Part shown: positions 49,273-64,000 of the stretch, in pieces | Position numbering within the stretch: position 1 is the first letter of the stretch | How the letters are laid out: each line of letters opens with the position of its first letter | Assembly: GCF_009914755.1 (NCBI RefSeq) | Contig: NC_060927.1 | Origin: the human T2T-CHM13v2.0 reference genome, Homo sapiens | Length of the DNA: 64,000 nucleotides | Reading direction: 5' to 3' (one strand) | The notes under the pieces: model-generated | What the model was told of the DNA's origin: nothing | What the model saw: only the letters and a program-made list of their open reading frames with translations | Databases searched by the model: none | Made by a program: the position numbers and the translations under genes

Positions 49273-52200
49273 TTAAGCATCTGCTAAGGTTACTGCAAAA
49301 AGGCCTGAGTGTAGCCAAAGCATCAGATTTTAAAGGAACATACAACGCATCTGTTGAAATTGAAGACGCAAAGGTGAAGATTTATTTTTGGTCTCTTTTC
49401 TATCTATGTCTGACAATAGTTTCACATAGTATGCTTTTCAATTTCTTTTTTTTGGTAAACTGTAGAGTATCTGGGGGGAGTCTTTCTGCTATAGAATATA
49501 ATCCCCAGAAACAAACACAGTGGGGAAAAAATAAAAAGAAAAAAACATAAGCAAAAGATTCCATCTAGAGAGCTCAATTTTAGCTTGTTCTGTCTTCGAT
49601 CCACTTTCCTCATTGATCTAAGGTCTTCTGCAAAGATAATAAAATTAAATGGCAAAGTCGCATGTGCCATCACATACTCATGCTTCTATTCTCTACTTCC
49701 CCATTTAACTCGTGTCTCTCATCTCCCCTGTCAGAATTCTTTCACAGCTTCTGATTATTTTTTAAAAGCCATGTTAACAGTTTGTTCCACATATTAACTA
49801 CTTTTGCTGGAAAGAAATCTTTAGCCATGATTTAATTCTTCTTTTTTTTTTTCACCAAGTGCTCCTTGCCTAATCTGCCTGCAACTCCAGATTTTGCAGC
49901 TTTCCACACACATTGCTTCACATTTTTCTCTGAAAAAGATGACTTTTTTAGCATTGCCATTATGTAAATGTTACTCTTCTTACAGAAAATTCTGCTGAAG
50001 CTAAATTCCTCCCCACCAAGCACATCAGTTTAGGTAAACAAATCCTTAAATACACCATGTTCTTTCTCTGTTTGGTACAAGTAATCATCTGAAAAAAAAA
50101 TTAATCAAGTGATTCTCAAAACTCACAAAGTAAATAGCCAGAGTTTAATTCAATACCATCAAGTTTTCAGTTATAGCGCTCGCTCATACTCTGCAATGCC
50201 TTCTCTTCCTCTTAAAACTGCTCAGTGGAGTCCAACTCTGGAAAGTAATAGTTACTTCTTAATAATAGTTACTGTCCCACAAATTCTATCATATTCATTC
50301 CAAGAATAAAACTTTCACTTTTCTGCATAGGAGTAAGTGGAAAATGGACTTTCATTCCTTTTCCCAATTTAGGATGAATATTTATTCAGTAGCTACGTTG
50401 TTTTGGCGCCGTGTCGGGATACAGGTGCAGTTCCTTTCTAGATTTCACATTGTCTGGAATGTTCCATGTGTTGATCCAAAATATACTTTATGTTCCGCAA
50501 ATGAGAGGAAGAGCTTGGAGGCCTGGATTCTTTTACCACAGTAGTTTTTAAACAATTATTTGAAACAATTCAGTGTTTTGCATATTTTATTTACATTTTC
50601 ATGACCCATGAGATACTTTTCCCCATATTTGACTTTTACTATTTTGATAACTACTAATGTAATATATAAATCTCTGAAAAATGCAGAAAATAGCAAGAAA
50701 AGAAAAATCACCAGTACTCTGTCCCCCAGAGATAAGACCTTTTTAATGATTCAGAGTAATCTGTCTTCGAGTTTTTAGTCAATTTTAACTTTTTTGAAAG
50801 TTAGTTTTGCAACCTGCTTTTTAAATAATATTTTGCACGTCCTCCATTTTCAACTGCCTAGGGTGGGCAAACAATTTTGTTAGCTACTGTTTCTCATCAA
50901 AAATAGTCCAGGATTTGATTATGTGAACTTGTGGGGATGGGGGACATTCCAGGAACAGAAATATCAGTTGTGGCATAGAGGAGAGAAGAGGATCCAAGAG
51001 AGGCAGTCTGACAACCGGTGCACATTGACAGTCCCCCAAATCCATAGCACAGAGCTCAAATTGCTTTAGGTTTGTGCAGATTTTTTAAGTTACATAAATA
51101 AATTTCACCCTATTCGTCCTTATAAATCCTTTCCAGTTTTTTTTTTTTCAGTCTGAATGGTTAATTATTGGCTTGTAAGTGTTCAGAGAAGTATTAGGGT
51201 ATACAAAATATTCACTGGTATTAGTGTTTTAGATTTCAATAATCAGCAATAATTCTTAAATATTTTCCAAATATCTTTTTGGTTGGAATAAAATCATGGC
51301 ACGTAAATTTTTTCCCTCAAAATATACTAACTCAATAATAGTGATCAAGGCCTGAGATATTATAAAAGTATTGTTCTTTTACATATGATGCATTTAGGAT
51401 CCTGAAGCTATTATATTTCAATGCTTACTTAGTCATTTCCAAAGATAAGCATTCACTTTGTCTCAAAATGAAACAAACATGAAGTCTTAATTAAGATTTA
51501 AATTGGGTGAGGTATTACAGTTTGTTATTTTTTTTCTAACACACAGGACTCATTTTGGATGAGTTTTTAACTAACATATTTATGACTTCCATTGGGATAC
51601 AAAATAGTATGTTTTTGTTTTTCTTTGGTTTTGTTTTTAACAATCAATTCCCTGCACTAATGGTCTGGGTGAATTCAACCTGGAAATGTCCTTCATATTT
51701 TTCAGTTAAATTGATCAAAATGACATGTTGCTCTTTGCTGTTTGTTTGTTTTTTGGCCACTGCACATTAGCTAATTCTTTAGGAATTTTTTTTCGCAAGG
51801 ATCTAGTAAAAGAGAGAAGGGAACATTTGTTGTTAAATATAACAGAATAAATTATAATTGTATGTTTGTAGGTAACTTGTAGATATGTACTGCAATTTCC
51901 TAATAAATATTACTTCATTTCTCAGGCAATTCACTATAGAAATTATGCACTCTCCCACAATACAAAAAAACTAATGTCACAAAGGTGAATTCTAAGATAC
52001 ATATTGACAATAAAGAGCCGTAAGCACACGGTGGGCAAAAGTCCTAGCAAACTTGAAAAATATTTAACTGAACAATAATGGAGCAATGCCAGATGCTAAA
52101 AGTCACCAAAGATAATTTTAATTGTTGTAGATATAATGGTGTTCAATGACAGCTGTTTTGGAACAAAAAGGTTATTTCCTGAAAATTTCAGTAAGTTTTC

Positions 52201-52962
52201 TCCTAAAATAAACTCTCATTGATTGTTAAAATTACCAATTGTCCTTAATGGCAAATAGACACTAAAGTTGGCTAATAACTTTAAATATGGAGTCATTCCT
52301 ACATGTTGATTTGTAAACACTATCTGGAGGAAAAATTAAAAAGACATAATGTAGCTGAGGGTTATTTCTCCCTATGGAGATATCACAGGACTCTTATGTA
52401 AGAGAAGTCGTTGAAAAAAATATCTAAAGCAAAAACTACTTACGGACCGAATGTTGCAACTTTCCCACTATGCACAGCTTCCTCTCTCCTTTCCCCTCTC
52501 TTTTTTTGGAAATGACAAGAATAAGCTTTTTTAAAAACTAAATTTTGTGAAATTATAAATTTAAAAAATTAATTATTTAACAGAAGAGATGTCACATTAG
52601 TAAATAAAGGTGTATTTTGTGTGCTGGCCTAGTAGTACTAGAATAAAAACTGCTTTAGATGTTGTGTTTATTTATACATTACAAGCCTATTTTTAAGTTT
52701 GTTTGACCCAAGGTTATAATTGTATATGTTACACTTAAGTAAAAGTAATGTGGGGAAACCTAAAGATAAAGAAGGCAGAGTTTCTGTTCTCAAGCCAAGA
52801 CACATCCTCATTCCATTCATTATTAATTCCTTTTATTTCATTTTTCTCTAATTAAGAAAACTAATATATATTCATTATTTTTAAAATTGGAAAGTTCAGA
52901 AAAAGATAAAGAATAAAGAATCACTTGAATATGCACCATCACCCGGAGATAACCACTGTTAA

Positions 52963-53502
<540 letters not shown>

Positions 53503-53614
53503 AAATATATCTTTAAACAAGAAGTAGATAGTGGGGTTTTTTTGTTTTTGTTTTTTGTTTTGTTTTGTTTTTAGATTTTAGTTATCAGTTTAACAATGAT
53601 CAGAAAAGAACTGA

Positions 53615-53929
<315 letters not shown>

Positions 53930-54247
53930 AGAACTCACATTTTTCAAAGAACTCCCATTGTCCTTAGGTACCACAAGAATTCCCATTTTCCTGAGATATT
54001 TAAGAATCTTTTTCTTTTATTTCATTCTAGTCCTGCCTTGTGGGATCCATAGCATTCAATCATATATGCTAACTAGGTAGCATTCCAGTATTTTCCACTT
54101 AAGTATCCCTTTTAAGATGCTTGGTTTTAAGCAAAACATTTATGTAAGGGCTTTTATATGTCAAAATAATGTATTAATATTAAATCTATGTTTTTAAAAG
54201 ATTAAAGTGGAGAAAATTTCCATGAGGCTAAGTCTACTCAAACAAGT

Positions 54248-54311
54248 AATTCAACATGGAATTCAACATGGAATTCAACATGGAATTCAACATGGAATTC
54301 AACATGGAATT
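54248..54311. repeat. Perfect 12-bp minisatellite (aattcaacatgg) x5.3
   Basis: Units start at 54248, 54260, 54272, 54284 and 54296. Confidence 0.97.
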
Positions 54312-55575
54312 AATCACTAGTGTCTGCCAATCAAATGTTTTAGAGTTTAGTAGTTTTTGTTTCACTCTCATGTGTGGGATACATTCTAATGTTTTAGTAC
54401 ATTTATTAATTTATTCTATAGTAATACTACACTGACTTTAAAAAGAGTACATCTATATGTTCTGACATGAATAGACCTTCTTAAGGAAAAAGTTTGCAGA
54501 AAAAATGTATTTTGAACAATTTATGCTGAACAATAATAAAAGTACATATGTTAAATTACATATGTGTAGAAGTATACATATTTGCTTCTGTTTGTGTGGA
54601 AATGCATAGAAAAGAGACTAGCAAGAAACACCTCAATTTGGGAAGGGAAGTGGAAGTGGGGAAGTTGTGAGGGGGAACCTGAACAATTTATTCTAGAGAT
54701 TTCTATATTCCTTTCTGCAAGAATATATTCATGCATTACTGATATCATTGCTTTTAAATGAAAGAAATAAACATTCTTTTACTACTTATATTGGTGCTTC
54801 ACTACTATGAATAGTGGTCCCCATCTCTAAGAAAGTTGAGTGCTCCCAGAAAAGATGTCTGCTTTGCACTTTGCACTTTCCCCACAGCCCTAGCATTAGT
54901 GCCTTGGCTCAGTAGGTCCCCAGTAGCGCATGTCTTTCTTGAACCTTTAAAATAATTACCTAGAGTGTGATTTAGGAGCCACTGCTCCACAGACCAGCAA
55001 AGCCATTATCTTGTAGAGGAATCTACAAAGAGCTCTGGGTATGAATTTCATTGTAAGTCCTTATAATAAAGTTACAAACAAAAACTGGGATTAATTTTCT
55101 TTCCTAGTATGTTATTAGAAGTTCAGTTTAAATAAAGTTTAACCACACTTGGCACATAGTTTTCAAAAATAAGATCGGGAGAACAGGAACTAGTAACTTC
55201 TAGTTCTGCTGCAGGACCGGCCAAGAGCTCTGCAATGGGCATCATTTTTTTCTATTAAAAAAAAAAAAAAAAGAGGTCTCGGTGCTCTACTGAGAACAGC
55301 AACCGATGGAAAGAAAGAAGGTATTGGATTTTACAGTGTGAACACAGGAAGGAAAAGTGTACGTGGAGCCCCTCCCCCAGCTGCTACCATTTGCCCTGAA
55401 CCTAGATATAGGTAGGGCCTGGTTGGATGTGGCAAATGTAGTTCCGGATTGTGGTTACACAAGAAATTCAGTCTACTTCATTATGAATGATGTTCATTGT
55501 ATTAATGAATTCCTAAATGAGAAAAGGTGAGATGGACATTTTTTGCAGGTGATTTCTTTCCTAAAACACACTTAA

Positions 55576-56047
<472 letters not shown>

Positions 56048-56149
56048 TCCACTGACAAAGTTTCTAAAGAGCAGGGGACACTCACTCACTCTCTGTGCTT
56101 TCTCACCACTGTCGGTAACCAGCACATGACTGAGAGCCGGACTCACAAG

Positions 56150-57470
<1,321 letters not shown>

Positions 57471-58160
57471 AACCTGTACTTAGCTCACCCTTCAAGCTTG
57501 ATTAACTCCACTGCTATCTCAGGCATACTGATGTCAGCCTAGAATTTAGCAAGATGAGGGACAGATAGTTCAATAACATTCTAAAGAATTTACAAAATAG
57601 TAAATCTGTTCCTACATCATTAAGAGTTAACTGTGTACTGGAGTTCGAGGGAGATTGCCAAGTCAATAAATTGCTTGCTGTTTACTGAATACCAACTGTT
57701 TCCCCACATGCTGAATATGTTTACTATTTCCATTGCTTGCATTTCTTACTGACAGTAATTGGAATTAAACTTTTTTTTTTCGTGAGAAGGAAGAGATTCT
57801 TTTGGTAAGATATCATCTTAAATGATGGCTCTCAAATACTTGAAAATGCAATTTTTCTCTGTCTTAGAGTGTGGGATTTAGACTCTAATTTGCATGATAA
57901 AGAACAACATTAAAAAAAAACTAGCCTTATATTTTGAGCTCTAACAAAATTTTTCAGTTTACTCATTCTGACCTTCCCATTACAGCAGTGGTTCTCAAAT
58001 TTTAACGTATGGTGGTTCTCAAATTTTAACGTATGTGAAAAGCCCTTGAGTCAAAGAACAAGAGATGGAATTGGGAATGAAAATATCATGGCTTTTTTGG
58101 AAAACTTTTAGTTGTTTACAAGGAAAAAATTGTTTACGAAAATTTATGTAGTTAAAATTA

Positions 58161-58497
<337 letters not shown>

Positions 58498-58647
58498 TCA
58501 GATTCATGGACTCAACTAGGTAGTTCTAATTAGTCCAGGAATCCTAGATCCCACCTTTCTGGGATTAGAAACAAACAAATAAACAAAATAATAACAATAA
58601 CAAAACACTAAGTGTTTGACATGGATATGAGAACCGCTGATTATTGA

Positions 58648-58760
58648 TTTTTTCTTTTTCTTTTTCGAGACGGAGTCTCGCTCTGTCACCCAGGCTGGAG
58701 TGCAGTGGTGAAATCTCGGTTCACTGCAAGCTCTGCCTCCCAGGTTCATGCCATTTTCCG
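58648..58760 (-). mobile_element. Short 5'-truncated AluY with TSD gctgattattg(a/c)ttttt
   Basis: About 95 nt of the right arm plus tail between direct repeats. Confidence 0.88.
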
Positions 58761-58924
58761 GCTGATTATTGCTTTTTAAGTGGAAACACTTTTAAGTGAT
58801 CTTGAAAGTTATCAGTTTAAGAACTGATACTTCTCTCATAAACAAATTGACAAAGTAGCAAAAAATTGCTGAAAAAAATTATCAGTTTAAAACACTACAA
58901 ATAGTTAACATTGAAAGTTTTTAG

Positions 58925-59276
<352 letters not shown>

Positions 59277-60048
59277 TATATCACATTTTTTACATCAGAT
59301 AGTTTCCCTTCTAGAATGCCAATTGAATAAAGGGCCTATTAAATTCTGTGGTTATTAGACAGTGTCTAATCTTTAGGCACCACAAATTAACAAGATTGTT
59401 CTTTATGCATTGATCCATTTATAAATATTCACTGAGTACCTACCATGTATCAGGCACACAAGCACTTTGTATGTAAAGTGCTGGGATTTGAGGAGTTCTT
59501 CCTGTTTGGAATAGAGTGGTATTTTAAACATAATAGTAATTCAATAAATGTGTGTTGAGTCACTGATTAAATTTAGTATAGAAAATACTATTATTTGAGC
59601 TCTTTTGAAATCTATACAAGAATGCTGTCAGAAAAAGTTGCATTGTTAGAACCAGTAAGTATCAGGAAATCCCCTTTGTAGTGGTGGCACTTTAGTGATA
59701 TCAACCATAAAAACATATTCAGGGATCATAAGGTAAAGTTGAACAATATGCTGAATCCTCTTAAAACACAAAAAGCAAAATTAAAGGGACTATAGAACAC
59801 ACACTTAAACTAAAAATGTACTTTTTAACATTAACCGGATAATTTCCAACCCAATTTACTAAGAGAGTGCCAAACGGTGTTCCATTCTGGAAAATAATCC
59901 ATTATAGTATATTCATTATAGTATGAGAGTAAAATGAAGTCTTTGACTTCTAATTCAAGAGAGTAGACCTGAAGAAGTATATGTATTTACCAGCTCTCCA
60001 AAAATAGTCCCAAAACTCAATTAAAATGATCATCTTAAATGATCACTT

Positions 60049-60483
60049 GGCCTGGTGAGGTGGCCCATTCCTGTAATCCCAGCACTTTGGGAGGCCCAGG
60101 AGAGAGGATCACTTGAGGCCAGGAGTTTAAGACCAGCCTGGGCAACATAGCAAGACACACTATCTACATTTTTTTTTAATCAGCTGGGCATGGTGGCACG
60201 CATCTGTAGTCCCAGTTACTCAGGAGGCTGAGGCAGGAGGATCACTTGAGTCTGGAAGTTTGAGGTTGCAGTGAGCTGTGTACTCCAGTCTGGGCAACAA
60301 AGAGAAACCCTGAGAAAGAAAAAGAAGAAAGAAAGAGAGAGAGAAAGAAAGAAGGAAAGAAAGGAAAGAAAGAAAGAGAGAGAGAGAGAAAGGGAAGGAA
60401 AGAAAAACAGAGAAAGAGACAAAGAGGGAGGGAGGAAGGGAGGAAAGGAAGGGAGGAAGGAAGGAAGGGAGGAAGGGAGGAAA
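60049..60483 (+). mobile_element. AluJ with an expanded purine-rich (GAAA/GGAA)n tail of about 180 bp
   Basis: Alu body at 60049-about 60312, then a near-pure polypurine tract. Confidence 0.9.
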
Positions 60484-60779
60484 GTGTTTTGAAAAAGATC
60501 AAAGCCACTGCTAGGTTATAGGCGATTTTTTAATGAATTAGGCAAAGATATCCCTTCTTTCAGGTAGGATGAACACACTGCTAGGATTTCAGCCCCGCTT
60601 CATCCACTTGGCTGGCTACCTTCCAGCAGAGTTAAACTGCACATCAATATGCTGCAGCCCTGGAATAACAGAATGACAAAACAGGGTAGGTGGGTGGAAA
60701 GGGGAAGCTAAAAACATGCTAGTTCTTATTTAGTAAAGGGAGGATAGAAATAATCATTTTTTGTCAGTATCATTAAAAA

Positions 60780-61905
<1,126 letters not shown>

Positions 61906-63252
61906 TGGCTTGACCTTTACAAGAAACTTATATTCTGTAATTTTTAAAGTAGTTTTAAAGAAAAGAAAAAAGTTGTTGTTTTCATAAAAGGCTAAGTGTG
62001 TAATTTCTTTTTCTTTTTTTTAGTTTTGTTTTTCCCCTTTTGTAATTTCTTTTTCTTTTTTTTTTAGTTTTGTTTTTCCCCTGATTCAAATATCCTTTCA
62101 TTATTTAGTTGTACTGACTTGAGTTGCCCATATATTAAATCGTTAATAATCTTGTGGCTTATAAATATGTCTTATGCAACATTGCCTCCTTTAAGCATGC
62201 TATGTGACAGATTTTTTAAAAGTTTTTGGAAATGTATGGAGATACTTGGATTACATTACTGAAGAATCACAGTGATAACTGTGTTTTATAGAGCCATAGT
62301 AAACAATGCCTTAAAGGCTAACAGTTTACTTTCAATCATTAATAAATTATACAAATAATCTAGACTACTGCAGTTCCATTTGGTGGAAGAACAGTTAAAA
62401 AGGTCAATCAAATTTATCTTTTTAAAACTAGGAAGAGTTAACTTCTTACTACTATAGAAATAATTTTTAAATAAAAACTGCATACTAAGGTGTGCAGAAA
62501 TTGATCTGAAAGAAATTTACGTACTGCACTTTTACTAAGAGAATAAATGAATGTTATAGATTAAAATCAGAAAAATACTTTGAGAAGGAAAAAAGTGTCC
62601 ATGTTATGGTGGTAGGAAGAGATGCCGCCAAAACACAATGTCAGTAAACCAAATATCACTCTTCAGTGAAGCCCTCACACCTCCTTAACTCCCTCTTCTA
62701 CCTCCTCTTACTATTGTACAAAAGTGTCTAAACTTTTAAATGCAATTCATGACTATCTACCAGATACCCAAACATTTAAAAATCCAGCAGAAATGCAAAA
62801 CAGAGCTCTGCCAATGCCAAAGCGTCACCCCCAGAGAGGGGCTCCAACCGAAGACCAGAAAGAGAGCTCTCCTGAAGGCCCTGGGAGCAAGAAGTCTGCG
62901 GGCAGCTTGGCTCACATCCTTACCCTCAGGCATTTAAGAAATAGGCACAGGGAAAGGGAAGTTATATTACTGAACAATCATAGTGGGAACAGCCTATCTG
63001 AAATCACTCTGTTAGGAAGCCTTGGTCTTGAGCCTTCTCAGTCCTCAGACTTGGCTCAAAATATAAATTATGTGTCAACAGTAGGTATTCAATGTATCAA
63101 GAGCCAAACTGGCACATGGGTCCAAATGTTCAAAACAGTTTTTTGTTTATAAAAACAGAAAAGCCTGTGGCTACCTAAGTAATGCAAAAATCAGCAGCTG
63201 GGGACTTAACTAAGGGAATATTAATCAATGTTATAGGCATATAAAAATGTAA

Positions 63253-63960
<708 letters not shown>

Positions 63961-64000
63961 TGAAAATACAACTTGTAATGGTGACTGAATTGATGACATC

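Noticed and set aside
50401-50420. ttttggcgccgtgtcgggat as an E2F site or tRNA primer-binding site
   Set aside because: It is an isolated motif with no adjacent LTR or CpG island, and only an imperfect match to tRNA 3' ends.
50858-51040. Possible hAT-Blackjack (MER81/MER94-like) relic
   Set aside because: Only vague terminal similarity; cannot be supported without a profile search.
54248-54311. CRISPR-like array
   Set aside because: Head-to-tail 12-mers with no spacers, in eukaryotic DNA with no cas genes.
62724-63152. 142-aa ORF outside obvious repeats
   Set aside because: GTG start and no recognisable homology; consistent with chance.

Overview
Primate (very likely human) non-coding genomic DNA made up mostly of interspersed repeats: about 35 Alu copies or fragments, old L1M/L1P fragments, MIR/L2 relics, ERVL/MaLR LTRs (MSTA, MLT1, LTR16) and Tigger/hAT DNA-transposon relics (MER44A, MER82, MER30, MER53). 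I find no intact protein-coding gene. The only gene-derived feature is a full-length processed pseudogene of a mu-class glutathione S-transferase on the minus strand (41555-42675; CDS 41989-42645; 5 in-frame stops, no frameshift; poly(A) and a 15-bp target-site duplication, TSD). Its GSTM5-type C-terminus and 3' UTR make it most likely GSTM5P1. From memory that would place the window in the intergenic region upstream of PPARG on 3p25, which I cannot verify here. The most interesting structure is a nested insertion stack at 39.1-43.4 kb with recoverable TSDs. A twin-primed (5'-inverted) L1MA contains an MSTA LTR. The LTR contains both the GSTM retrocopy and a MER30. The MER30 contains an L1PB with about 420 bp of apparently 3'-transduced DNA, and that L1PB contains an Alu. 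A second apparent L1 3' transduction lies at 35.1-35.85 kb. The retrocopy looks GSTM1-like in the middle and GSTM5-like at the end. I see no evidence of a new biological system. Repeat subfamily names come from recalled consensus sequences, not from a RepeatMasker run, and boundaries without quoted TSDs are approximate.
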